Positions 11,973-24,950 of a DNA stretch of 64,000 nucleotides are shown piece by piece. Origin of the DNA: Haplodiscus bocki (lineage: Eukaryota); the NCBI GenBank assembly GCA_965655095.1, contig OZ296652.1:19840001-19904000 (forward strand), written 5' to 3'. The stretch's first letter is position 1, and each line of letters begins with the position of its first letter. Made by a program: the position numbers and the translations under genes. The notes beneath the pieces are model-generated. The model was not told the DNA's origin, did not search any database, and was given only the letters and a program-made list of their open reading frames with translations.

Positions 11973-13693
11973 TATCTTCAGAAAAAAATTTGAAAAGTGG
12001 CTCACAGAAAGATTCTAATCCGTAACCTTTGAGCTATGTAACCGCTTTATAAATGCGTTTCGTATCGGGCGTGGCCACAGGCGCAAATCTGCAGTGCTAA
12101 CTGTAAGTGCTATGTAATAAACACAAGAAACTAACTGAAGACGGTGTGTTAAGTGTTATTTCCGGAAGAAGAAAAAACTTCATTACTGAACTGAATAGTT
12201 TCGTTTCATAAAAAATTGAGACGGCACATAACAATAAAAAAAATTGATTTCCCGCTATGAATATATAAACCCGCAGAAAACAACCAACTCGACGCCGACA
12301 AGAAGGCTCAGTAAAACTCGTAGAAGCTTGGCTTTGGTGCTCAGAAAACATCTAGTTTATCGGGAAAATTTGTGAAAATTTGTGATATTATAATTTTGTA
12401 AGGAAACGCTTTCTCAAAGCGCAGAAAACTTGTTTCCGAAGAATACATTTCGCTACGTTATACACTCCCTTTGATAGGTTCTACCTTCAGTTGCAAACAA
12501 ATTTTCAATATGCAAAAGGGTGGAAGTATCACATAAAATTTTGGCACTGACTTTTTGGAAAGATTTAGGTGCTGGAAAAAATAGATTATCACGAAAAAAT
12601 TTCGAACTGAATGTCCAAAGGTTTTTGGGAAATACAATCGCGGGTATCGCAATAACATTCAGTATTTGCATTCTGGAAATTTTTCGAACTCAAAAGGGGT
12701 GTCAAGATTGATTTTTTTCGTTTTCTGCATTTTCAAAGTAAACAAGTCAGTTTGAAAAACTAAGTACTGTAATGGTCGGATCTGTCAATAGAATTGCTAA
12801 AGACGAGAATATCACGACCAACAAATCACTAAAGTTCAGGGAACGTTTGAATTACCTATCAATCACCCAGAAAAATTGTGGCGAAGAATAGAGGTCCAAG
12901 AAAACTTCATGGGGTGATAAATAGTTAGCAGACGTTCGCATTATGAGCTATGTTAGCCGGAAATAATAACTTTTTATTTATTGATGTTTCACAAATTAGC
13001 ACAAACCGACACTTCTCATTGCTCAGATATTCAGTCCCCCGGCACTCTAGCATCCCCCACAATCACTTCGCAACCCGTATTGTACCTGGCAGTGTCTTAC
13101 CATGAAGTAAAAGTTCTCATAAGAAAGTATTGAAAACATTAGGAAAAAAATTCACAATCGCAGTAGTGCGTGAGCGTGAAAAGCACAATCATGAACTAGC
13201 CCATGATATTAGCATTACACCAATTGGCCAGACATCATATTGTGAGTCAGCCCTACCGGAGATATCCATCAACTAGTGACATCGGTGAAACCGTAACAGT
13301 ACAAATCTTGAAAAAAATTTGTGAAATCTTACCGAAGGGATCAAGAACCCCTCGTATTTTCCTCTACCTGACATACATTAAACTTGACAAGAAGATTTTG
13401 AAACAATGACTCTCATGCTCGCATGAAGGATATACTAATCTATATAAATATTTTATGGATTTACCTTATGTCCTATTATGAAGCCGTTACAATTATAAAG
13501 TATCACTTAACATCTACGAACATATGCAGCATTATATATACCTGATATGAAACCCACTATGGCAATTACTTCCTCTCCAATTAAAATGAATACGATTACG
13601 TAATACTTATAGACGCGGAAAATGACGCAACACACACCTCAACTGACGACAATCCCACCACGTAACACAATCATTAAACGAGAAGATCAATGA

Positions 13694-14187
13694 GAAGTGA
13701 GCTAAAGTCCACCTCAGTTCACTGCAGTTAAATAGTACAGTATCAGTTTTATTATTTAGAGTAACCCGTAATGCACCTCGCTCGAAATTCAGTCTAGTTA
13801 AACAGTTCAGAAACTATATTCGAGAGTAGGTCGTATGACACATCACTCTAGTGCTATCTAAATTCATCATCACCGAATGTCATTGTTTAGAGTGAGCCTT
13901 AACACACCTCACTCAAAGTGCAGTTAAATTCTACAATCACGAAATTTTTTTACCGACAAGGAGCCGTACCACACTTCAGTATAGAACAACGAATGTACAC
14001 TGCATCAGAGGATCAATTTTGAAGCTGAGCTCCACCAGACTTCACTCTAGTGCATTTTAAATGTATGAGCGCTGGAACAACTTCGAAGTGTGCTAAACAT
14101 AAACTTATCCTCTTTTATCAAGTATTTACTCAAACGGTGCGAAGCAAACACGCTCATTTATAGTAAGCCGCACATGAGTTCACTATA
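13694..14187 (+). repeat. Array of 8 palindromic units (AGTGA-N13-TCACT), ~65-bp period, inside solo LTR 1
   Basis: Units start near 13694, 13757, 13822, 13888, 13955, 14020, 14084 and 14159; inter-unit sequences are poorly conserved. Confidence 0.8.
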
Positions 14188-14628
14188 GTCAAATAGACAA
14201 TTTGCAACCGACGCTTCCTCTAGCTTGATTTATTGAAGTAATTATATGATGCGAGGCCTTTATCGAGGCCATTAGCCATAAAAAGATCACATCCGCGGTC
14301 AAATTATTAAGTTAAAATGTAAATCAATGCAATTCATCAAAAATCTGAATTTTGAATGAAATTTTGCTGCTAGTTGATGAAGCAGGTACAGATGTGAGAA
14401 TGAAAACCAATGAGAAGCACTGAAACAATGACGTAATTTAATTGTGTCCGCAAGTAAGCCTCGGTCACCTCGCACAACTATACCTTAACACAACTTCTTG
14501 TCACTAGCTAGGATCACGACATCAGTCTAGCAATGTCGACTTTGTCAATTCATAACTTACTTTTGCTTGTATGTACAGACCGTTCTCAACAAAATGAAAT
14601 ATTTACGCCGGACAATCGTTTCTAGTTA

Positions 14629-14920
14629 ATGTTCAGCGGAGTTGAAAATAGCGCAAAAACACACGATAGCTCTACTGATTCTATCGAGTCAAAACACAAC
14701 CAGGAACAAAAAATGGCTACTCAAAAAAGGTTTCCAATGAGGTTACAAGCCAGTCAGTGAGCGCGCAAATGAAGCTGGCAACCGAGCCTATTCTCAGGCA
14801 AGTTGAGAAACTGTGCGCTTTATTTGCCGAATGGAACGACTTAGAAACTGTTGGAAACAACGAAGCTACCGGCTCGATGTACTGATACAACTGCAAGCTC
14901 ATCTGAAAACCAGTGCAACA
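14629..14920 (+). pseudogene. Frameshifted gag-like N-terminal ORF at end of solo LTR 1
   Basis: TAGTTA-ATG context as in copy 2. EVTSQSVSAQMKLATEPILRQVEKLCALFAEWNDLE aligns with ELTLGSVDEWIKQATDLILRRVDELCVLLAGRNEME of 58410-58721. Confidence 0.65.
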
Positions 14921-15421
14921 ATCGGCAATTGCTACGATCTGATCTGAGTTGTTACTCCTCTGAATATAGCAGCTGAGCGCAACTAATTACTTTTTCTATT
15001 CACAACACAATTTCCAATTTTTCAACTTCATATTTATTTAGATGGTTGCTATTATTTTTGTTTATATTTAAAGGTACACTACACTTGTAATTTTTTTTCA
15101 TCTATCTCAAAAGCGGAATTAGGTTTTTACAGTTCAGCAAGAAGGATTTTTGCCATTCTCATCGGAGGTCTCTCTGTGGTCAGAGAAGCTGGCTAGGTCT
15201 CTGGTGATATGAACCAATTTGGAGGGCCAGTAGAAAATTCAGAGAACAGCAGAGCAGGAAAAGAAGCATTGAATCGACTGAAAGGAAAAGAATTTGGCAG
15301 TGGACATTTGGCAAGTGGCTCCTTGCTTATACTTTAGTAACAACGTGTCCAGATGACAGCAGCAGTTTATTTTGGGCGGAGATGTATATGTGTAGAAATG
15401 TCAGCTCAACCAATGTCATTG

Positions 15422-15478
15422 CTTTCTTTCTCTCTCTTTCTCTTTTTTTTCTCTCTCTCCCTCTCCCTCCCTCCCTCT
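15422..15478. repeat. CT-rich microsatellite / polypyrimidine tract
   Basis: (CT)n and (CCCT)n run seen directly. Confidence 0.9.
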
Positions 15479-17074
15479 ACTTCTAATTCAGTAGAATCTG
15501 TTGTGGTTTGTTGCTTTCTAAAGTAAGACTTGCAAGCAGCCAATATTGGTGTGTTAATGGCATGAATGAAAAACATTTGCCCTATCGGCGCAATCTTGAC
15601 CAAATTTCGTCAACTTCTTGATCCGCCCGCCTGGAGCTCACAAGACCGTGGCAGCACCTATTTACTTAACAAATAGCTGGTGTCCTGCTCCTAGATCGGG
15701 CAGCAGGCCGCCCCAGCACTGCCAGTCAGTTACATATAATATTTTATATTATAAGTTAAGTTATATAACATAACTTATAAGTGGAATCATATAAAGAACA
15801 AACCTCAGTGGGAAAGCAAGTATTAGCACCGTATTCATTGTTGGCATTGGACGCACTTTTGCTTGCACCACAGTTTGATTGACAGCTTCATCCGGGGAAG
15901 GAAGCCAACGTGTGGGAATTGTGTCATATTAGTGCCCCCGTTGCAAACAAGAGTGCCGTGCCTGAGCCAAATATGTCAAACAAGTTACTTGGTAAAAGCT
16001 TCTGTCAGATCAACTCTGTTTAATCAGCCGCTGCAATTTGGCCACAAACTGTCACCCAGTTTATTCAAAGCGATCAGCAATACATGTACAAGAAAGTACT
16101 AGCTCAAAGCAGGGCCAACACCACAGTCTAAATTTAGGTCCACGACGGATTTTGGTTTCCCGAACTCTAGAACCCAACCAAACATTCACCAATTACTGAA
16201 AGACTGCTGGCCACCAGTTAAATCCGAAATTCGCTCCACTGCTTTGATTTCAATTTCATTTAAGAGAGAGTATGGTATTTATTTAACCTTGTTTCCTTTT
16301 TAAGAAAAGACGTTCAAGCTTACGATAGAAAGAGGATCATAAGAAATTTGTTTCCAAGTCCTGCAAGTTTCTGGCATCTCAATGCGAAAACATTGGCGCA
16401 AAAAAAATTGCACTTGAGCTTCGAGTATAGGCACCCAAGACCGAGGCACGAGCCTGGGATCTGGCAAACAAGGCTCAATAACCAGCTAGAGAGGGTAGTC
16501 ATCAAAAGAAAATGAAAGAGCTAAGGAGATGAAACTTTTCGATCGGGAACACTTTTGCAAAAATCAGTTCCCCAAAAAATCTGTCAGTGGAAAGATTGCT
16601 GCCAATGAGGAAGCAAATCGATTTGAGTAAGGCCTAATGAAGCACCTGCGCCAACGAATGACGGAGAAACAAACTATCTTTCGAATACTTTCATATCACA
16701 ACTTTGAATAAAGAGAAAAAAGTCTGGGTAAAAATTTTTTCGTCTAAAAGTTTCGGCTGTCCAAAAAGGTTCCGCAATACGTTCTACTAAAAATAGTTAC
16801 CGGAGAAACATATAACAACTCTTAAACCAATTTTTGTAATACTGGCCAGCATGGTTTCGCGTTAAAGTCCAACATATATGTTCAGTTTATGAAAAAAAAA
16901 ATGTTTTGATTGATTTTCGGCCTTAACAAGAATTTTGGGGAAAAAATACGTAAATGAAAGCGGAAATATTCATTGAAAGCTTCAGTGGGTGCCAGGTAGG
17001 ACCAATCCAACTAAGAAATTTCAGGCGTTAAAACAGAATGCCAAAATATCCAAAAGAAGACTTTGGAAACTTAC

Positions 17075-17236
17075 CGACATTTTCTCTCCGGCGGATATTA
17101 TTTCGACAATGCTGCTGAGTAACGTTTTAGTCCGCCCGATACCATTAACTAGCAAACCCATCTGCCAGATCCGCAGATTAAGTTTTCCATCTGTCCAAGA
17201 CATTTGAGACACTTTCGGTTTCGATGTCACATCACG
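17075..17236 (-). other. Candidate orphan exon (162 bp, phase 0-0)
   Basis: Minus strand has acceptor CTCTTTCCATCCAG and donor G|GTAAGT, with one open frame (RDVTSKPKVSQMSWTDG...AGEKMS). No recognisable domain. Confidence 0.2.
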
Positions 17237-18810
17237 CTGGATGGAAAGAGCAGTTGAGTGAATGATGCCTTGACAGACTCATTCTCTTTCTTCTTTTGGC
17301 ATTATCATTACAAATCCAGAGCCACAACACAAATGCTGGTTTAAACTAGTTCACTTTATTTCATTAGTTCACTTTTTTCATTTGCTTGCTTCGTTCCTTC
17401 GGTAATGAGGTCAGAAAAAAATGCTTATGAAAAATCGAGACATCGTTTTTTATCTCCATAATGTACACTAGCCGACAAAAGTAACTGTCAGTCAAGTCGA
17501 ATTATCATAGACAAATTCTTTGTTATAGTCATATTTTTGGTGCTCTTTGTTGGAAATTCGGGCTTTTGCTTGAGAAATTACGATACTCTAATTTTCAGAT
17601 GCAGTTGATCACTTTTGGAAATTTTCGTCAAAAATTTCATCATACATGAAATATATAGAAAATTTTTCTGGTGATTTTTTGTCGCTCTGGATCTCTTCTA
17701 AAACGTTTGAATTTACAAACCGTTGAGAACCAAACCATTGAGTAGCAGCAGAACTAAAAAGGTGAAGCGACATCTGAGCCGCCATGTATTAAAATAAGGT
17801 ATTGCGAACATTGTTTACTTTTTGCTCCAAGCAATTGTTTAAATTTCTGCTGCTGAAAGCACTAGAAATGTTTTTGATATTTTTTGTGTATGATGAGAGT
17901 TCTGACGAAAATTTTTAAAAAACGGTCAAAGGCATGCACATATTCGGGTGGGGATCAAAATTTAGTTTCCAAAGATTTTTTCATCTCACAAATTCAAAAG
18001 GAAGAGGAAGCCACTGTCCTGCGTTACGTCTTATTTTGCAACCATGGCTTTTTAGTATCGATCAGGGTTTTTACTTGCAGTCGTGGCCAATCACAAAACA
18101 GGGGCTAACAAAAACTGATTGAGACTTGAGTTGAAATTGAGATGCAAATAATTGGTAAATGAAAAATTGAATTGCAATTAATTGATGAGAGAAACAATAT
18201 ATTGCAATTAATTTCGATTATTTGGTAATTTTTGTATGCCTAAATTAACTACCAATCAAATGTTTTCTTGTCAAGAACCAATGGTTCACCTACAGAAACA
18301 GCTGCATTTCTAAATTCTTGGGTAAAAATTTTTTTCTGTCCTCATTGAGGGCAGACTGTCAATGGTCTCACAAAATACTAAAGTTAGCTGCAGAAATCCT
18401 GCATCTGAGTCAGTTTTTGAAGTTTTTGTTTTCCAACTTTCGTCTCAATCGCGAGAGAAGTCTCTTTCTTTTTCAAGCGTTTGATCATAGCTTTCTCGGC
18501 AGCAACTCCTTCGCAATTTCATTCTCAACGCGTTTTTGTCAAAACTTGCATGTATTTCTGTTATGGGCTAACGAGAGATGAGACTCTGAATTTTCTACTA
18601 TTGAAAACAATTAAGTATAACATGTGTATTGGGCTATAAAGGTTTTTTCTCAACTGATGTTTTAAAACTATTGCTAAAATAGCTTAGCTAACGGGAAATT
18701 TGTTTGGTGTCGTGGGCACATACTGTAAAACTTTGTCTTGATTTCAGTTCGTAAACTAAATATCGTTGTAAACTGCGTAGAGCATGGTGTAAAATATTTC
18801 AAATAGACGT

Positions 18811-19557
18811 TAATAAAACGTTAAATTTAAGCAAGAGTAACTTCGGGAATAATCATTTTGGACAAAAATAGCAAAAACAAAGTGTTCTCAACACTTTTAG
18901 AAGATTATAAAGCTGTTTTTTTTTTTGAAAATTTCCAACAAATGCATCAAAAACTGGAGAACGCGTTTTTGGCCAAATTTTCCATTTTCCTGAGAATTTT
19001 GTAACTTTAAAAATTAATTTTGGAATTTTATTTCATCAGTAGATGCCCCTGGTGTCTATCTTACAGCTGATGTCATCTGTCAGTGGAAAAGTTTTCAAAA
19101 ACTATTCCAAAATCCATCTTGAATCTACTATTTTTGAAAAACAATGTATTGAAAAAGGATGGTAAAATTATACTTTTACTTTTCGAAAATTGTTCTTGAA
19201 AATCCATACTTTTGGGAAAAAGTGATAAAGATAAAATCTGTGGAGAACAAGCAAAACCAACAATTTATCTCATTTCTTTTTTGCTATCCTGCGTCATTTT
19301 CAAGATTTCTACGAAAACTGCCAAAATTAGTCAAAATACGCAATGCTTGCATAGTTTATTAGCTCAATTTTGGGACCCAATTTTCTACGCTTTTGAAGTA
19401 CTTCTTTTGGCAAATAAAATAAACAATCTGATAGCCCTTTTAATGAGTTTTCCGAAAGTACCTTTGCTTACTCTGATCTCGTTTTATTTACTTCTCCATT
19501 TAGAATTTTGTAAAGCGTATTAAAATTGCTTAGTCGCATTAATTTAAATCATGACTG
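18811..19557. mobile_element. Second copy of the 7501-8272 MITE (left TIR not recognisable)
   Basis: Colinear similarity over ~740 bp (TAACTTCGGGAATAAT.ATTTTGGACAAAA ... TTGCTTAGTC.CATTAA); ends ACTG|TA. Confidence 0.8.
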
Positions 19558-20679
19558 TAGAGACTAATTCCTAGCTACTGCAACAATTTTAGTATTTCTT
19601 GAAATTGAGCTTAAATTAGCGTATTTTTGTGCTAACTCTTTTCCCACAAATGGCAGTAAGTCTTGGCAAATCCAGTCGATCCAGCCGAAAATGCTTTGCC
19701 CCTATCGAGTATTATAATCACCCGACTAGAAAAAATGATGAAAACGGTAATGACCTTAAGTCTCAAAATAATAGTGGGAAAGCACACTGATGTTTTGAAA
19801 AATTTTGCTATAGCCGTTCAAAAATTACATACTTTTCAATTTTTGTCGATTCGTGAAAATTTCCGTAAGGTAACTTTACAGTGGGCTCACAGTGCCAAAA
19901 ATATTCATCTGGTACCTTTTAATCAGGCAAAAAGTTCTGGTTTTGCATTTTTTCCGTTCTACTGCCCAAATTTTCAACTCATTAAACGCTGCTATGCAGC
20001 GTTTAAAATTCAGAGTTTGAAACGAAGAAAAAAATACAAGAATAGGCCTTAAGCTTCTATTAAATAATCTTCAAAAAATCATAAACCGAACAAAACTCTG
20101 ATTTATTCGGAAAAATAACTGATTCTCAAATGAAAATAAAACAGTTCAGAAAGAAACATTTGAGGCTGAATATCTTTGCTATAAAATCTCGCGTTTTGTG
20201 GTTTTGGATCGAGGTCTTAAATTGCCTCATGGCCAATGATGTCAACCTAAAGGCACCGAAATCACCAAATTCTCATTCTAAATTCCATTCTATGTTAATG
20301 GACGACCAATTCAACAGCGAGTGAAACAACTCTTTTGACCCATATTATATCGACTGACAAAACCAATTCTCTAATGGGCAAATTCAGCTGATTGCGCATA
20401 TATACTTTCTGATTCATCTATTCAAAGCGAGAGGAGACAGACATTAGGTAATGGCATTCTAAGAAACGAGAGGAAAAATAGCCCAAACATTAGATAAGCC
20501 CCACTTCTCCGCTTGGAACCGAAAGCTGTGGCGAGTGTGAAGCAAACAAGGAGAAGTTGGGCATCGGGGCAAAAGACAGGCTGGTAGAGAGTTCAGAAAA
20601 CAATTGATCACTTTGTTCAAACAAGCAAAGCCTCAAACTCCAACTGAAATATTCACACAGCAATAAACTTGTTTGAAAA

Positions 20680-20938
20680 GATGCGAAAATGCATCGAAAA
20701 CCGATTTTTATACAATTCTTTCTCGCAAAAAAACAAGCTAAAATTTGGCAACGAAAATTTCATTATGAGAAAGACCATTATACTAGACGCAATCTGTGGG
20801 AAATTTTAAAAAGCTGGTGAAATAAATCTTTTGCGTGCACTTTTGGTTCATCGTGAATTGGGCAAACTTGATATTAAAAAATCTGACAAGTGAATGAATG
20901 ATTTTCCTACCAAATATGGAACATTGGGCAGAAAAAGA
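20680..20938 (-). mobile_element. HINE-like family member, homologous in inverted orientation to 49027-49290
   Basis: The reverse complement matches 49027-49290 (GGAAAA...CATTCA...CAGATTTTTT...ATCAA.TT.GCC.AATT). Confidence 0.6.
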
Positions 20939-21199
20939 GTTAGCGTCCATTGTGAAGAGAGGACGTTTATTCATGTAATCAGGAAAGTTTAGTAAAAAGA
21001 GCCCTCGATCAAGAGTGGCCGTCAGAAAACTTTTCTAGCCAGGGGTCTTCAAAATGATCCAAACGACCCAAATAAAACAAAAAACGCAGTCGCACTGCGA
21101 TATTTTCCGCGACAAGAGAGCACAAATGGTTGATAAAAAACATTAAACATTTCTCACAAAGAGACCTATCTTTCAGATTTTTCAAAAAAAATGTCGATG

Positions 21200-24100
21200 G
21201 AGATGTTTATGGAAGAATTCAAGCCTATAGGGTTTCAAAAAAGGAGTTTGAAGACCTAAAAAAGAAATAGACTGAGATTTATTCTCAAATTCGGCCATCA
21301 GGACTCATAATTGAGGAACGAAAGAGGAATTATTCAATCAAATACTAATCTACAAGATCAAAACTTTCAAATAATATCTTCACGGAAGAACTCAAACCTG
21401 TAGTTTTTGAGAGAAATGAGTTCGAACATCGAAATAAGTTTCTTTAATTTCACAATTTGGAAAGTTGTGACTTCCGCCACGGAGTCTGACTTCGGAGTCG
21501 GACTCAAGTTCACAACTTTTAAACTCCTATAGTCTTCTTCAAGTACAGCCGTCTAGATGAAGACCTTGATGGAAAAAAGTGAAGCAGGTGGTGTTGGAGA
21601 AACATGAGTTCGAGGAGAAACGAAATAGGTCATCAAAATGAGCTTTTTTAGGAGATTTTGTACTATCAGGACTCCGATGCAAAGAAGAGAAACGCTATTT
21701 TATTTTCAAAAGCAGAGAATTCTCACGGAAAAATGTTTCCAATTGAGACATTCATCTGAAGAATCAAGCCAGTACTAAAGAAGTAATATGAGTTTGAACA
21801 CGGAAAGATGATTTTTTTAAGCAATTCAGACAATTTCAGATATTCAGAGTTCAGACGGATGACAAAGTGTTATTGAGTTTTCAATTGCAGAAAACCATGA
21901 TATTGACTCTATCGGTTGAGAACATGGTTGAATAAAATTAAGTGGAAATTTTTGAGAAATGTGAGTCTGAGTACCTAGAATTATCAGAACTAACAGCACT
22001 TCCTTTGCATTCCGAACAAATTTCATTCCGATGAAAAAAACAAACACAACCCTTATCTGATCGCCTAAACGTCTTCAAGTAAAACTCTGTCGATGAAGAC
22101 TTTGATGGAAGAAAGTAATCAAGCTGTGTTGAAGAAGGAAAGTGCGTTTTGGTCAGCGAGATTTGTCAAGAATAGCATCAATTTTTGCATTTTTCGAGAG
22201 TTTTTCTGAAAACCTCACCACATTCAGAAAAGAGTTGATTGATACCTTGATGAAAGAAATCAAGCCTGAAGTTATTGTGTACAATGGAATTGAAAATGGG
22301 AACATAAAACACATGGCCTTCTTTGGCAAATTCGTATTATCAGAAATCAGTCGAATGGATGAAAATTATCGATCTGAAATTGAGATATCTTGGACTTTTA
22401 AATGTTTAATCTTGAATTTTCTGTAATGCACAAGCAATGTTTTGATCATTGAGATACATCAGAAAACTTACAAACTTTGTTCCAAATATCGAACCACCGC
22501 AATTGCGATGTGAGGGTGAAAGTCTGTTTTTTTTGTATATACTAATCCTTTTCAGGTGATAATTGCCGTTTGAGATCGCGATGCATGGAGTGAAGTGTGT
22601 AGTTTCCCAGAAATTTGAGTTTGAAAAACGAGGTAATGCTATTCTGGGTTTTGGAGATTCTGTGGACTGTCAAGATTCAAACGCTGGGAAAAAAAATTCA
22701 CGAATTTCTGTTCAATCAATCAACTACAGAAGTATAATTTTACATTGCTACCTTGCTCGGAGAATTAGAACTTAAAGTTACTGATTATTTGAGTTTGAAA
22801 GTCGATTTATGGCAAAATTAACGGAACTTTTTTGGCAAATCTTGTCCATCAGAAACCTTAATGCCAGGCAAAAATCGGTAATTTGTTAAACATGAAGGCC
22901 CTTTTGAGAAAAAATGGTCACCTGGTAGCGTTCTTCTTTGAAAGAATCAAGCCTGTGTTAATGGAAAAATATGAGTTTGAAAATCGGAATGTGTTGACTT
23001 TAACTGCGTTCATTTATTTTTTCAGACAGTCAGGACTTAGAAACAAGTATCAAGATCAAGGGTTTTTCAAAGTAAACCTTCTTCTAGAGGGAAAAACATT
23101 GCATTGAAGCCTAGATGGAAGCTGTGGAAAATGTAGTTGTTGAGACAAATGAGTTTCAAGAAAAAGAAAATCAACGCTTTTTGGCAATGTGGGGATCACA
23201 GACTGACAAGTTGTACTCGAAGTACTTTTTGTGGGACCTGAGATTCTTCAGCGGTAACGTTGTTCACTTTTGGTGACAAAACAATGTGACAACTTAGAAA
23301 ACTTCTATCAAAAAACAGAAAAAAATTGAATTCTAAGAAATAATTTTGAATTTTTTAATAAAAAATTAAACACTTTTGGATTTTGAAGAAGGCCCGGTTT
23401 TTTCTCAAATAATTGGAAAAATCATGTATGAAGTTCCGTTTGTTTCGGAAACGTCGGAAAACGGAAAACTTTTGAGACAAAAAAGTTCCAACAATGAAAA
23501 AATCGTGAACGTTTTTTAAAGAAAACACTATTTTTTTGCTGATAAAAGTAATAATTCGTCAACGATTATCAAAAAGCATGTACTTAAAAAAGGGCCGCCA
23601 GAGGGCTTTTATTCTAACTATTTGTGGACTACGTAACCGCTGTGCTACCGCACAAACGTGTTATACCAACCATGAACGGTTCTGCTAGGTGAAACGAAGT
23701 CTGCGTGTCGCGGAAAGACAATTTGGGGAAATGGGAAGACAAGAACTGCAGTCTTACCCGAATCGAAATTCAATGAGAGGGCTCAGAAAAAACGGATTGA
23801 TCCTTTAACAATCTATTTTCACAAAACTTCACAACAAACGTGAATTTATCCGGAATTGGACCGAGTTGAATGAAATTATATCCCCCTAATTAAGCTAAAA
23901 AACTATGACTTTGAAAATCGACAAACCAACCAAATTATTTGCACTTTCCGACATTTGTGGCCCATGATTGGTATGATACTCGAGGGCAAATCAAAAGGTC
24001 TGAAATCGAACAATCCTCTAGAGAAAGTTAGTTTTCAACTAACACCTTGATAGGATAAATTAAAACAAAGTTAGGGAGAGGTTTGAAGTGGAACACCGAG

Positions 24101-24950
24101 TTGAGCCAAAAACCATAGCACTTGGCAACTTAAATTTTCAAAATTCCGTCGGAGAGAACACGGACAAGGATTTTGTTATTGAGCTGTTCTCAAGCAGAAA
24201 AGTGTTGAATGAGCCCTGGAAGATGTCAAGCTTGTAGTTTTGTAGATTTATGAGTTTAAATTTGAATCCCTGTCAGTACTAATAACAATTTTTGCATATT
24301 ATGGATTTTTTTCGCATGGTTCTTAAGAAATTAGAAGCCGTCAATTACCAACATGATGGAATAGGTCCAGAGGATTGTCAAAAAAATGGGAAATCTGAGA
24401 TTTGTCGAATTTATTAGCCCCTGGTAGTTTTGGAGAATCAGGTTTCTGACGCAAGGGAATACTTAATTGTTTTTCGGAAAAGTCATGCCTTTGGAAAATT
24501 GTCTTGACGGAGGCGTTGGTGGAAGTAGACATGGAGACATTAATTTTGCAGAAAACTGAAATCGAATAAAAAGACTTGTCAATTTTTTTTAGCAGTTCTT
24601 GACATTCTCGGACAATCAAAATTCTCAAGTTAGAACCAAATTTCAAGATTTCCACTCCAAATAAAATTACAAAAGCAAAATGTTACTCATTGCGACATTG
24701 ATTGCAGAAACATCAACACCAAATTTTTGGGGAAATATGAATGTGCGTATCGAGGATTGTAAATTTTGATGGCTTTTGAAGGCTTTTTGTACCATCAGAG
24801 TTTCATCGGACGGGAAAAACTTGACGAACGTTCTCTTGCATAGTCTTCGTCAACTAAAAAAATTGTTCATTGAGACTCTAATGGAAGAAGTCAACTTCTG
24901 GTTTTGCAGAAATATGATAATGAATACCAAGCCAACTGCTAATTGAAGTT
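21200..24950 (+). repeat. Old degenerate tandem array, ~170-190 bp period
   Basis: Core GAAGAA.TCAAGCCTGTAGTT...GAGAAATATGAGTTTGAA recurs near 21212, 21385, 21572, 21758, 21927, 22108, 22251, 22587, 22759, 22939, 23117, 24218 and 24883. Related units occur at ~31030-31260. Confidence 0.65.

Larger units (their letters stand above)
13411..14920 (+). mobile_element. Solo LTR (Gypsy-like family, copy 1)
   Basis: Colinear with 57004-58710 (ATGCTCGCATGAAGGA.ATAC...ATGTCCTATTATGAAGCC; CCAATGAGAA; TTAATTG.GTCCGCAA). Ends AACCAGTGCAACA versus AACCGGTACAACA in copy 2. The initial TG and the TSD are degraded. Confidence 0.8.

Noticed and set aside
13694-14187. CRISPR array call for the palindrome-spacer arrays (also 57287-57891)
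   Set aside because: Repeats are too degenerate, spacers retain traces of mutual similarity (e.g. GCAGTTAAAT, ATCATTT), no cas genes are present, and the context is a eukaryotic LTR.
17464-17490. Tc1-like left TIR (TACACTAGCCGACAAAAGT)
   Set aside because: No matching right TIR found in the window.
23592-23605. CTCF-like motif GGCCGCCAGAGGGC
   Set aside because: Single short match inside a repeat-rich stretch; cannot be distinguished from chance.
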